Positions 37,866 through 48,122 of a stretch of 64,000 nucleotides of DNA are shown piece after piece (within the stretch, counting starts at the first letter, position 1; the number at the start of each line of letters is the position of its first letter). Below the pieces are notes generated by a model, which was not told the DNA's origin, did not search any database, and was given only the letters and a program-made list of their open reading frames with translations. The stretch is from Candidatus Latescibacterota bacterium (GTDB taxonomy: Bacteria; Latescibacterota; UBA2968; GCA-2709665). The stretch covers positions 4,544,001 to 4,608,000 of the forward strand of contig OZ241917.1 of NCBI GenBank assembly GCA_965203805.1, written 5' to 3'. The translations under genes and the position numbers were made by a program.

Positions 37866-40800
37866 ATGAACTTCCGCAAACCGATCCACCAGACGGATCT
37901 GTCTTCGGGCGTCTGTATATCGGCGCCGGATGCAGAGCCATACCAGGAAGCGGCGCAGCGTCTTCAATCTGCCCTGCAAGGCGCGGTTTCCGGCAACGTG
38001 GAGATTCTGCCGGACACGCTGCTCGACGCGGACGGACGCCACGTGATCGCGTTGGGAAACATGATGGACAGCGCGTTCCTGAAGACCCTGTACTTCCGGA
38101 CATACGATCTGACCGACCGGGTCTGGCCCGGTCCCGGCGGATGGACGGTCCGCACCGCGCCGGACTCCCTGGAAGACGTGGGTCACGTGATTGTTGTTGG
38201 GGTGAGCGGCGCGGAGGACGTTGCCTGGGCCGCGAATGCCCTCTGCAACGCGATCGAAGGCGCCGGTACCACGCTACCTTTCCAATACCGCGTACATCCG
38301 GGAAGGTGGTCGGATCTGTATCTGACGCCGGCGCGGGAACGGCTGGAAGCAGGCGATGCGGACCTGGAGCGGGAGTATACCGGCGGCGCGGGCGACTGGG
38401 CCTATATGCACGCGATTGCAGACATCGGGATGCTGGCGGTTCGGACCGGTCAGGAGGCGCTGATGGAGATGTTCTTCCGGCAGGTCTGCCATTTTGGACG
38501 TACGCGGTGGTTCGAGCGCCATCTGCCGGACCCGCCGCAGATCCACGGGTTTTTGAGGACGATGCTGCTGCCGTTTACGATCCTGGAAAATCATCCGTCC
38601 GTTCCCGCAGCCCGGCGGGAGGAGACGCTGGAGGTTTTTCTGGAGCTGTACCGATCCGGGGAAGGGGCCGGGAACAACGGATTTCTGAGCCACGTCGGCG
38701 TGAACAGGGTTCGGCAGAACCACCAGACCCGGTCGGCGCTGGATCTCTTTTACGGGGGACGGTATTTCCACCAGGTGCATGGGTTGGCCGAAGGCAGGGC
38801 GTGGATGAAGCTGGCGGAAGTGTTCTTTGCGCCGCAGATGACGTCCAACAAGCCCGTGTGCGACTCGTGGGGCCATCAGTGGGCCGCTTCACTGTTCAAT
38901 ACCGCGGATTTTGCGCTGGCTTCGGGGCGGTTGGATTACGTTTCGAGCGAGCCGTTCCTGGAGGGCGTGGACAGGGCGCTGATCGCGCACAGCAACCTGG
39001 AACGAGGCCCGCAGCAGTATTTTCTGATGGCCGCGACGGCCACGGGGAACGATGAATATCTGCATCCCTGCGGCGTCTCGGACGAAGATGCCCTGGCCGA
39101 ACGATCCATAAAGGGACCGGAAGAGCCGCTTCGGGCGTGGGTGACGGGGCGCCGGGCGCTGTCGCCGGAGAGGCTGGGACGGGTGGGCGTGGCGCCGCTC
39201 TCGCGGCTGTTCTATGATTCGCTCGAGGGTTCCAGCGGGTTTGCGCCCGAGGGCGTGTATCTGCGCGACGTGCCGTTCGAGCAGACATTCGATAAGGTAT
39301 TCTTCCGGTCCGGCTGGTCGGATGACGACGACTATCTGCTGTTGGATGGCATCTCGGGCGGGTCCCATTCGTATCAGGACGGTAACTGCATTGTGCGGTA
39401 TACGGGGCGGGGACGGAACTGGTTCGGAGATCGCGTGGGTCCGGCCTCGGTGCGCGACCACAACGGAGTGAACGTCGCAGTGGACGGGGCGGGCCCTGGA
39501 CGTGAGTCCCGATACGCCGCATTGAAATACGTTGAGGAGGGTGAAGCGTTTTCGGTGGCGGGCACTTCGATGCGATATCCCGGTCAGGGCGACTGGTATC
39601 GCCATGTCGTATACGGCAGGGCGGGGTGGTTTCTCGTGGTGGACGAAATTTGGGCGCGGGCGGCGGGAGAGTTCCTGGTTGAGGGCCGCTGGCACGTGCT
39701 TGGAGACGTTACGCTGTCGGATGGGTTCCTGCGCTCGGTTCAGGGGAATGCGATACTGAATATGCGGCACGCTGGAAGCGCTTCGCAGGAACTGACGCGG
39801 GTGACTGCTGCTCTGGAGAAGGGTGGCATGCGATGGACCCAACGTTCACTGGAGGGCCTTCAGCCGGGCCAGGGCGTGAGGTTCGCGACGCTTTTCTGGT
39901 GCGACGAACGGCAGCAGGCCCGGGCGTATGCGCTGGAACGGCAAGGGTCGGGCTATCGGATCGAGGGGGAAGGCAAAGGGGTGACGATCTCATTCTCGGC
40001 GGACACCGATGGCGTGACGTTGGAAGCCGATGCGGCGGTACTGCCAACGGCGGGCAGCGTTGTCGAGACGTCAGACCCGCGTCCGTTCGCAGTCGCGGGG
40101 GGCGAGGCGAAGCCGGTATGGCGCGGTGCCTGCGGCGGAGGTGTGGCAGCGGTCGACGTGTGGGGGGGAGGGTGCTGCGCGGGCGATGACCGGGGCGGGA
40201 TCGCGGCGTTCGACCGGCAGGGGCGGAGAATATGGACGCATTCCGCGTCGGGAGGAATCCGGACGGTGCTGGCCCTTGCGGACGGAGGGGTGGTCGCCGG
40301 TGGGGAGGCCGAGGTGGTGCACCGGCTGGACGCGTCCGGCAGGGAGGTGTGGTCGCATCAGCTCGAGTGGGAGCCGATGAACTGGGACTACTGGACGTGG
40401 CTGAACTGTAAGGTCCTCAGCCTCGCGGCCGGCGACATCGACGGCGACGGCCGCGAGGAGATTCTGGCCGGATGCGCCGATCGTCACGTGTACGCGTTCG
40501 ACGAGGGCGGCGCGTTGTTGTGGCGTTCGGCCTGCCAGTGGGGTCCGCCCACGTGCCTGGCGGTGGCGCGGCTGCGGGACGGGGAGAGCCCGAGTGTGCT
40601 GGCGGGGATGGCGGATCCGTCGATTCACGGGTGCGTCCGGGTGTTCGATTCCGACGGGACGTGTGTGGAGACGCTCTCCCGTCCGGATATCATGAGCTGG
40701 TCGATCCCCTCGTGGTCGAAATGCCTTCGAGCGGCGGACCTGAACGGGGACGGCCTCGACGAGGTGATCAGCGGCGTGGATACGAACCACCGGCAGTTGA

Positions 40801-41171
40801 TCGTCTATAGCGGGGACGGTGAGGTGGTCTGGGATGCGGACATGGGAGGCGGGGTGCTCACGGCGGAGGTCTCTGGCGGAAGGGTTTACGCAGGCGCGTC
40901 GAACGGCTTCGTGCAGTGCTTCGACGCCGGAGGCAGGCGGTTATGGAGCAGCTTCCTGGCCGGACCGGTGGCCGGCCTGGCCCCGGATGGCGATGGAGGT
41001 TGCCTGGCGGCCCTTCGAGGCGGGACCGTCGCAGGTCTGGACGGTAACGGAGAGGTCCGGACCACGCACTCCGGAAACTCGAATGTAACGGCGGCGGGCC
41101 GGGCTTCCGCGTGGCCGGACGGAGGTCTGCTGGTGGGCCGGAAGGATGGAGCCATCGAATTCTACCGGTAG
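37866..41171 (+). CDS. lyase-fold/beta-propeller paralogue 2
   Basis: Colinear with paralogues 1 and 3; same motifs. Confidence 0.75.
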   Translation: MNFRKPIHQTDLSSGVCISAPDAEPYQEAAQRLQSALQGAVSGNVEILPDTLLDADGRHVIALGNMMDSAFLKTLYFRTYDLTDRVWPGPGGWTVRTAPDSLEDVGHVIVVGVSGAEDVAWAANALCNAIEGAGTTLPFQYRVHPGRWSDLYLTPARERLEAGDADLEREYTGGAGDWAYMHAIADIGMLAVRTGQEALMEMFFRQVCHFGRTRWFERHLPDPPQIHGFLRTMLLPFTILENHPSVPAARREETLEVFLELYRSGEGAGNNGFLSHVGVNRVRQNHQTRSALDLFYGGRYFHQVHGLAEGRAWMKLAEVFFAPQMTSNKPVCDSWGHQWAASLFNTADFALASGRLDYVSSEPFLEGVDRALIAHSNLERGPQQYFLMAATATGNDEYLHPCGVSDEDALAERSIKGPEEPLRAWVTGRRALSPERLGRVGVAPLSRLFYDSLEGSSGFAPEGVYLRDVPFEQTFDKVFFRSGWSDDDDYLLLDGISGGSHSYQDGNCIVRYTGRGRNWFGDRVGPASVRDHNGVNVAVDGAGPGRESRYAALKYVEEGEAFSVAGTSMRYPGQGDWYRHVVYGRAGWFLVVDEIWARAAGEFLVEGRWHVLGDVTLSDGFLRSVQGNAILNMRHAGSASQELTRVTAALEKGGMRWTQRSLEGLQPGQGVRFATLFWCDERQQARAYALERQGSGYRIEGEGKGVTISFSADTDGVTLEADAAVLPTAGSVVETSDPRPFAVAGGEAKPVWRGACGGGVAAVDVWGGGCCAGDDRGGIAAFDRQGRRIWTHSASGGIRTVLALADGGVVAGGEAEVVHRLDASGREVWSHQLEWEPMNWDYWTWLNCKVLSLAAGDIDGDGREEILAGCADRHVYAFDEGGALLWRSACQWGPPTCLAVARLRDGESPSVLAGMADPSIHGCVRVFDSDGTCVETLSRPDIMSWSIPSWSKCLRAADLNGDGLDEVISGVDTNHRQLIVYSGDGEVVWDADMGGGVLTAEVSGGRVYAGASNGFVQCFDAGGRRLWSSFLAGPVAGLAPDGDGGCLAALRGGTVAGLDGNGEVRTTHSGNSNVTAAGRASAWPDGGLLVGRKDGAIEFYR

Positions 41172-41354
41172 GGGACGGTTAGAGTCTTACTGTTGGACTT
41201 TTACGCAGAGTGCGTTCGTGCTTTTTCATGCTGCCAGCTAACGAAGGGGGGAGTAATCGCACAGCCAAACTGGATTGTGCGTTTATTTCGACCCGACTGG
41301 TTGCGGTTGAGTTTAGCAAAGCCGCGACAGGTTTTGATCCTGCTCTTGGATTTT

Positions 41355-41439
41355 ATCCTGTCCATCCTGTCCATCCTGTTCATCCATGTGAATTCTCGCT
41401 CTGTGACATAATAGTTGCACACGGAGAAAGGATTGCGAT
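41355..41439 (+). repeat. intergenic repeat copy 2 (one extra 9-bp unit)
   Basis: ATCCTGTCC x2 + ATCCTGTTC + ATCCATGTG. Confidence 0.8.
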
Positions 41440-44400
41440 ATGAATTTCCGCAAGCCGATTCAAGAAACGGATCTCACTTCAGGCGTCTGTATATCCGCGC
41501 CGGATGCGGAGCCGTATCGGGCGGCGGCGCAGCGTCTTCAATCTGTCCTGCAAGGCGTGCTTTCGGATAACGTGGAGATTTTGCCGGACACGCGGCTCGA
41601 CGCGGGCGGACGCCACGTGATCGCGTTGGGAAACATGATGGACAGCGCGTTCCTGAAGACCCTGTACTTCCGGGCATACGATCTGACCGACCGGGTCTGG
41701 CCCGGCCCCGGCGGGTGGACGGTCCGCACCGCGCCGGACTCGCTGGAAGACACAGGGCACGTGATTGTCGTTGGTGTGAGTGGCGCCGACGACGTTTCCG
41801 GGGCGGCGGAAGCGCTTTCCCGTACGATAGAGTCCGAGGGCGCCGTCCTCCCGTATCAGCATCGGGTGACGCTCGGCAAGTGGGCGGACCTGTACCTGAA
41901 GCCGGCGCACGAACGGCTGAGCCAGGGCGACGAGGCTCTGGAGCGGGAGTTCACGAGCGGCCCGGGGGACTGGACCTACATGTGGGCCATCGCCGAGATC
42001 GGGATGCTGGCGATACAGACGGGCAGGGAGGAACTGATCCCGATGTTCTGCCGGCAGGTCTGCAACTTCGCGCGCACCCGATGGTTTGAGCGCCACCTTC
42101 CGGATCCACCGCAGATCCACGGGTTTCTGAGGACCATGCTGCTGCCGTTCACAGTTCTGGAAAATCATCCCGCCTTACCCCAGGACCAGCGACAGGAGAC
42201 GCTGGAGGCATTCCTGGGGCTCTACCGGTCCACGGAGGGCGCCGGGAATTCCGGGTTTCTCAGCCACGTGGGGGTCGACCGCGTGCGGCAGAACCACCAG
42301 ACGATGTCGGGGCTGGATCTGTATTATGGAGGACGGTATTTCCACCAGGTGCACGGGTTGGCCGAAGGGCGGGCGTGGATGAAACTCGCGGACGTGTTCT
42401 TCGCGCCTCAGATGGCCTCGAACAAGCCGGTCTGCGATTCGTGGGGGCACCAGTGGGCGTTTTCGCTCTTCAATACCGCCGATTATGCGCTGGCTTCGGG
42501 AAAGATGGACTATTTCTCCAGCAAACCGTACCTGGAAGGCGTGGACCGGGCGCTGATCGCGCACAGCAATCTGGAAGGAGGGCCGCAACAGTACATGCTG
42601 ATGGCCGCGGCGGTCACGGGAAACGACGAATACCTCCGGCTTTGCGGGGCGTCGGATAGCGATACCCTGGCGGAGCGGGCCGTGCGGCCGAACGTGGAGC
42701 CCTTCCGGACCTGGGTGACCGGACGCGACGCCGCAACGCCGGAGCGGATGGGCCGTGTGGGCGTTGCGCCGCTCTCGCGGCTGTTTTACGATTCCCTCGA
42801 GGATCTCGGTGGATTCGCACCGGAGGGCGTGTACCTGCGTGACGTTCCATACGAACAGACGTTCGACAAGGTGTATTTCAGGTCCGGGTGGACGGATGAC
42901 GACGACTATCTGCTGCTCTGTGGCATATCGGGCGGCTCCCATTCGTACCAGGACGGCAACTGCATCGTCCGGTATACCGGTCGCGGGCGGAACTGGTTCG
43001 GAGGGCGCGTGGGTCCGGCCTCGGTAAGGGATCACAACGGGGTCAGCATCGCGGTTGACGGCGCGGGAGCGGGTTGCGAGTCCCGATATGCGGCGCTGCG
43101 ATACCTGAAGGAGGGAGAAGGGATGTCCGCGGCGGGGACGTCGATGGCGAATCCCGGACAGGCGGACTGGTACCGGCATATCGTGCACGGCAGGCAGGGA
43201 TGGTTTCTGGTTATCGACGAGGTCTGGGCGAAGGCGGAAGGCGAGTGCCTGATCGAGTGCCGCTGGCACGTGTACGGCGACGTGGAAACGGTCGATGGGG
43301 GGATTTGTGCCGTCCAGGAAGATGCGAGGCTGGAAATGCGGCATTCGGGAAGCGGATCCCGGGAGTTGATTCCGGTGACGTCGGCGCTGGCAAACGAAGG
43401 GACGCGTTGGGTGCAGCGCTCGCTGAAAACGCTTCGGGCCGGAGAAGGCGTGAGGTTCGCGACCCTGTTCTGGAGTGACCAAGAGGCGCGGCCCCGGACG
43501 TACGCACTGGTACCGGAAGCGTCGGGTTACCGGATTGAAGGCCAGGGCGAAGTGTCCACGGTCTCGCTTTCGGCCGAAGGTGCGGATGTCAACTTCGAGG
43601 CGAACGCGGCGGTGCTACCCACGGCGGGTAACGCCACGGATGCGTCGGACGCCGTTCTGTTCATCGCATCGGGCGGAGACGCGACAACGGCCTGGCGCGG
43701 AAAGTGTGGGGCGGCCGTTGCGGCGGTGGATGTCTGGGAAGGGGGTTGCTTCGCGGGCGATGACGGCGGAGGCATCACGGCGTTCGACCGGAACGGCGGG
43801 AATCGGTGGACCCATTCCGTGCCGGGGGGAATCCGGACGGTCCTGGCCCTTGCCGACGGCGGGGTGGTGGCCGGCGGGGAGGCGGAGGCCGTGCGCTGGC
43901 TGGACGCGTCGGGCAGGGAGGTGTGGTCGTATCAGCTCGAGTGGCAACCGATGAACTGGGACTACTGGACGTGGCTGAACTGTAAGGTCCTCAGCCTCGC
44001 GGCCGGCGATATCGACGGTGACGGCCGGGAGGAGATTCTGGCCGGCTGCGCCGATCGTCACGTGTACGCGTTCGCAGATGACGGCGCGTTGTTGTGGCGG
44101 TCTGCCTGCCAGTGGGGCCCGCCCACGTGCCTGGGGGTGGCGCGGCTGCGTGACGGAGAGAGCCGGCACGTGCTTGCGGGGATGGCGGACCCGTCGATTC
44201 ACGGATGCGTGCGGGTGTTCGATTCCGAGGGGGCGTGCGTGGAGACGCTCTCCCGCCCGGATATCATGAGCTGGTCGATCCCCTCGTGGTCGAAGTGCCT
44301 CCGGGCGGCGGACTTGAACGGGGACGGCCTCGACGAGGTGATCAGCGGCGTGGATACGAACCACCGGCAGTTGATCGTCTATAGCGGGGACGGCGAGGTG

Positions 44401-44733
44401 TTGTGGGATGCGGACGTTGGTGGGGCGGTACTTTCGGTAGCGGTTGCGGACGGGAGGGTGTACGCGGGCGCTTCGAACGGATATGTGCAGTGCTTCGATA
44501 CCGGGGGCTGCCGGACGTGGCGTCGTTTTCTCGCGGCGCCCGTTGTCGGTCTGTCGCCAGTAGGCGGTGGCGGGTGCCTGGCGGCCCTTGGGGATGGACG
44601 GACCGCGGGACTGAATGGAAGCGGCGGGATCGCGTGGACCGGTGGAGGCACTGCGATCGCCGCGGCGGCGGCGTGGCAGGAGGGCGGACTGCTGGTGGGC
44701 AGGCGCGACGGAACGGTGGAGTGCTTCGGATAG
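41440..44733 (+). CDS. lyase-fold/beta-propeller paralogue 3
   Basis: Colinear; long near-identical blocks shared with paralogue 2. Confidence 0.75.
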   Translation: MNFRKPIQETDLTSGVCISAPDAEPYRAAAQRLQSVLQGVLSDNVEILPDTRLDAGGRHVIALGNMMDSAFLKTLYFRAYDLTDRVWPGPGGWTVRTAPDSLEDTGHVIVVGVSGADDVSGAAEALSRTIESEGAVLPYQHRVTLGKWADLYLKPAHERLSQGDEALEREFTSGPGDWTYMWAIAEIGMLAIQTGREELIPMFCRQVCNFARTRWFERHLPDPPQIHGFLRTMLLPFTVLENHPALPQDQRQETLEAFLGLYRSTEGAGNSGFLSHVGVDRVRQNHQTMSGLDLYYGGRYFHQVHGLAEGRAWMKLADVFFAPQMASNKPVCDSWGHQWAFSLFNTADYALASGKMDYFSSKPYLEGVDRALIAHSNLEGGPQQYMLMAAAVTGNDEYLRLCGASDSDTLAERAVRPNVEPFRTWVTGRDAATPERMGRVGVAPLSRLFYDSLEDLGGFAPEGVYLRDVPYEQTFDKVYFRSGWTDDDDYLLLCGISGGSHSYQDGNCIVRYTGRGRNWFGGRVGPASVRDHNGVSIAVDGAGAGCESRYAALRYLKEGEGMSAAGTSMANPGQADWYRHIVHGRQGWFLVIDEVWAKAEGECLIECRWHVYGDVETVDGGICAVQEDARLEMRHSGSGSRELIPVTSALANEGTRWVQRSLKTLRAGEGVRFATLFWSDQEARPRTYALVPEASGYRIEGQGEVSTVSLSAEGADVNFEANAAVLPTAGNATDASDAVLFIASGGDATTAWRGKCGAAVAAVDVWEGGCFAGDDGGGITAFDRNGGNRWTHSVPGGIRTVLALADGGVVAGGEAEAVRWLDASGREVWSYQLEWQPMNWDYWTWLNCKVLSLAAGDIDGDGREEILAGCADRHVYAFADDGALLWRSACQWGPPTCLGVARLRDGESRHVLAGMADPSIHGCVRVFDSEGACVETLSRPDIMSWSIPSWSKCLRAADLNGDGLDEVISGVDTNHRQLIVYSGDGEVLWDADVGGAVLSVAVADGRVYAGASNGYVQCFDTGGCRTWRRFLAAPVVGLSPVGGGGCLAALGDGRTAGLNGSGGIAWTGGGTAIAAAAAWQEGGLLVGRRDGTVECFG

Positions 44734-44763
44734 AATGCGACAGCTTCTAAGGAGGGATCGGCG

Positions 44764-47700
44764 ATGCATATAGAACGTCCGCGCGCGCTCGAACCGGAAA
44801 CCCAATTAAACGCGGCAACTCAGGTGCTCGTGGCGGCGCCCCGGTCCGAACACGGCCGGGTGGCGGCGGAGAGCATCCGCCGGGCGCTGGGCGACCTGAG
44901 CGTTCGCGTCGAACTTCTGGATGATCCCGCCGGCGACGTGATGACCGCGGCCGACGGTCCTGTGATCGTCGTCGGCAACCTGGCGGACAGCCGGTGCGTG
45001 CGTGAACTCTACTTCCGTTTGCTGTGCGCGACGGACCTGTGGTACCCGGGTCCCGGGGGTTATGAACTTCGCACGCTGTGCAACCCGTTCGGGACGGGCA
45101 ACAATATCATTCAGGTAGGATACAGCGACGCCCCCGGAGCCGCGAAGGGTACGGCGGCGTTCCGTTCCCGCCTGGACGACCCCGTTCCGCACCTGGCCGA
45201 TCTCGAGGTTACCCGGCTTCCAATGTCGGCGCACGAGGCGGCGCAGGTCCGGGAGGAGCCGCTCCTGCCAACGGCGTGGCAGATCGCGAATACCATGCAG
45301 GGAGACCAGAAAGGGTATCTCTACTATCTGACGGGAGAGCCCGAACTCGGAGCGGAATACCGCCGGGCGTGGGAGGCCGTTGTCGAGAGCGGGTATGTAA
45401 AGTCGGAGAAAATCGTCCAGGCCCACCTGTACAGCCTCAGCCGCCTGCAGCCCTGGCGGCTGGTGGAACACATGAACCTGTTCAGCGAAGCGGAACGGCT
45501 CGATATCACCCGGTTCATTTACGGCTGGGCGGAAAGCGAAGAGGGCTGGCGCCACGTCCAGCGCTGTCCCCGCGTGGTGAGCATGCACGTTCCAAGGCAG
45601 AACCACGAACTCATTCCCGCTCTGGCGTTGACCTGCGCGGCGGCGTATTTCCGGACGTACTTTCCGGAACTTGACGGCCCGGAGCAGTGGGAGCAGGTCG
45701 CCCGCCGAGCGTATGCTCCCTACGGATCTTCCTGGAAACCGCTGTGCGACGGACTCTGCCACGGATGGTGGATGTCGCAACCGGTGATGGTGGAGTACGG
45801 CCTGAACGATCCGGAACACACATACTTCGAGCAGGGCGGCGCCAGGCAGGCCGCGGATGCGGCGCTGGCCGTGGTGAACAATGAGGGATGGCTTCCCTCG
45901 GCGGGTGACAGCGACCTGAACCGGCAGTTTCCGGGGCCGAGCCTGCGTACGGCGGCGGCTTATTTCAACGACGGGCGGTACCGTTTCGTCCACGACCTCG
46001 CGCCGCCGGAGCGTCGTCTGGTCAGCCTCACGTCGCTGCCGCGGGCATTCGACGCGGGCGTCGACCCGAAGGCGCCGGACGACAGGGTGGGCGTAACCGT
46101 CGTTCCGGTGGACCCGCTTTTGTACCACGCCTGGGAGCGGGACCCTCGCGGCGCGCCGGGCGTGGTGACCACGCCCCCGTCGGCGCCGATCGACAGGTGT
46201 TTCGACAAGCTCTCGGTGCGTACGGGATGGGAGCCCGACGATGACTTTCTCCTGATCGACGGACTTGGCGGCGGCAGCCACTCGTACGACGACGCGGGCG
46301 GCATTCTGGACTACGCGCGTCTGGGTCTCTCGCTGATCGTGCAGGAGGACAGCTTCGTACACTCCGCGCCCGAGCATATGTCGGCCGTTACGGTCGTCCG
46401 GGACGGTGAATTCGGGGAGATCCCGGGATTCGCGGTTCTGGAGGCGAACGAGACCGACGCCGAAGGCAACGTCTATCTGCGGATCCGGCTGAAGGACTAC
46501 GCGGGAGCGGACTGGGTGAGGGAGGTCCACCTGAGCCCGGGGTGCTGCGTTGTTTTCAACGATTCGGTGATTGCGAACCGGGCGGGAGACTTTGCGGTGG
46601 AAGCCCGCTTCCGAACCCCCGCCCGGCTGGTTCTCAACGGGAACGAGGCGCGTTGTGCGAGGCGGAGCCCTTCGGCCGGCGACGTCACGTTCCGGATCCG
46701 GAGCCTTGGAGAGGCCGCTTCGCCGGCGATCGAGGAAGATCCGGTCCATCTGCGGTATAAGAACGAGGTGGACCAGGAACTCTGGAAGGAGCGGTACCAT
46801 ACCGAGGACGTCGTGCTTTCCACGTTTGTGTCGCGGCGCGCCGGGCGCCTGGAAGCCGGGGAGGGCGTGCGCCTCACCCACGTCGCGCAGGCGTGCGGAC
46901 CGGGAGAAGCCCCGGTAGGCCTTCTGGAGAAAGAAGGCGAGGTGTGCCTCGTGCAGGACGAGACCTCGCGGCGGCTGGAGACGCTGCCGGTGCGGATCCC
47001 CGCCGCCGGGAGATCGTCGGGTGACGCTCGTTCGGAACGGGCCGATGCCGCGCTGGTTTTCACCGCCGGGGATCGCATCCGCGCAATCCGCCCGCTGGCG
47101 GACGGGTCTGTCGTCGTAGGCGCCGAAAGCGGCGGTGTCGCCTTCCTCGATCCGGAGGGGCGGACGGCCTGGTCGGCGGAGCTGGCCGGCCCGCTGTACG
47201 ACGTCGGCGCCGCGGAGGGGGAGGCGACGGTCCTGGCGGTCGGGCACGGCCCGAGCCGGTTGACGGGGCTCGACGTCGAAGGCCGGCAAATGTGGCAGAC
47301 GGACATCGTGAGAGAACCCTGCCCGTGGCCGTGGTGGGAACTGCCGACGCCCGCGCCCGTGCAGGTGGAAGGGGGGATCTCAAACGGAGCCGCCTTCTTT
47401 GCCGTCGGGTGCGGGGACATACAGATCCGCGGCTTCGACGGCGAAGGCCGGGAGCGGTGGCGGCAGCGCTACAATGAGGGCGTGCCCGGCCGCATCCGGG
47501 TGGCCGACGTGGACGGTTGCGGCGGCCCGGAAATCGTCGCCGGGGGCGAAGTGCTCAGCGACACCTCCAAATGCCGTATCCTGGACCCCAAGGGGAATTT
47601 TCTCGCCCACCTGGACGTGGAGGGATGGACAAGTATTCTGACAGCGCTGGCGTTCGCCGAATTCGACGGACGGCGCGTCATCGGATGCGGCGCGAACCGG

Positions 47701-48087
47701 GGCCTGAACCTGCACGTGTTCGAACACGGTGACGGTGGGGCTTGGCAACGGCGCTGGATGAAGCGCCTGGGCGGGCGGGTCTCGGGGATCCGGTTCGTCG
47801 GAACCGATCGCCGGGTGATCGCCGGCACCAGCCAGGGATTCCTGTTGTGTTACGATCCGGACGGGAATCCGGTCTGGCACCGTCTCTTCGAAAAGGGAAT
47901 CCGGCATCTGGCGCCGTTTGGCGACGAGACGCTTCTGGTCGACGATCAGGGGAGTCTCCGTATCGTGGACGCGTCCGGAAACGCCCGGACGCTCGGCAGG
48001 ATGCCGGGACCGTGCTCCATTGCGGAGTCTGACGGCGCGGGGGTGCTCCTGGCGTGCGGGCGCGAGGTCTGGCGCATCGAAGTTTGA
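44764..48087 (+). CDS. lyase-fold/beta-propeller paralogue 4 (divergent)
   Basis: TAAGGAGG RBS; RQNHE, FDKLSVRTGW..DDFLLIDGLGGGSHSYDD, DVDGCGGPE. Confidence 0.75.
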   Translation: MHIERPRALEPETQLNAATQVLVAAPRSEHGRVAAESIRRALGDLSVRVELLDDPAGDVMTAADGPVIVVGNLADSRCVRELYFRLLCATDLWYPGPGGYELRTLCNPFGTGNNIIQVGYSDAPGAAKGTAAFRSRLDDPVPHLADLEVTRLPMSAHEAAQVREEPLLPTAWQIANTMQGDQKGYLYYLTGEPELGAEYRRAWEAVVESGYVKSEKIVQAHLYSLSRLQPWRLVEHMNLFSEAERLDITRFIYGWAESEEGWRHVQRCPRVVSMHVPRQNHELIPALALTCAAAYFRTYFPELDGPEQWEQVARRAYAPYGSSWKPLCDGLCHGWWMSQPVMVEYGLNDPEHTYFEQGGARQAADAALAVVNNEGWLPSAGDSDLNRQFPGPSLRTAAAYFNDGRYRFVHDLAPPERRLVSLTSLPRAFDAGVDPKAPDDRVGVTVVPVDPLLYHAWERDPRGAPGVVTTPPSAPIDRCFDKLSVRTGWEPDDDFLLIDGLGGGSHSYDDAGGILDYARLGLSLIVQEDSFVHSAPEHMSAVTVVRDGEFGEIPGFAVLEANETDAEGNVYLRIRLKDYAGADWVREVHLSPGCCVVFNDSVIANRAGDFAVEARFRTPARLVLNGNEARCARRSPSAGDVTFRIRSLGEAASPAIEEDPVHLRYKNEVDQELWKERYHTEDVVLSTFVSRRAGRLEAGEGVRLTHVAQACGPGEAPVGLLEKEGEVCLVQDETSRRLETLPVRIPAAGRSSGDARSERADAALVFTAGDRIRAIRPLADGSVVVGAESGGVAFLDPEGRTAWSAELAGPLYDVGAAEGEATVLAVGHGPSRLTGLDVEGRQMWQTDIVREPCPWPWWELPTPAPVQVEGGISNGAAFFAVGCGDIQIRGFDGEGRERWRQRYNEGVPGRIRVADVDGCGGPEIVAGGEVLSDTSKCRILDPKGNFLAHLDVEGWTSILTALAFAEFDGRRVIGCGANRGLNLHVFEHGDGGAWQRRWMKRLGGRVSGIRFVGTDRRVIAGTSQGFLLCYDPDGNPVWHRLFEKGIRHLAPFGDETLLVDDQGSLRIVDASGNARTLGRMPGPCSIAESDGAGVLLACGREVWRIEV

Positions 48088-48122
48088 GACGTTTATTTTT
48101 CGTGTAAATCAAGGAGGGACGT

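Noticed and set aside
41172-41350. Possible MITE or ncRNA between paralogues 2 and 3
   Set aside because: Only a weak hairpin; no convincing terminal repeats or target duplication
44806-47289. 827-aa minus-strand ORF (and similar ones at 42175, 43615, 49876, 62405)
   Set aside because: Antisense shadows of high-GC genes; no motifs, Arg/Pro-rich
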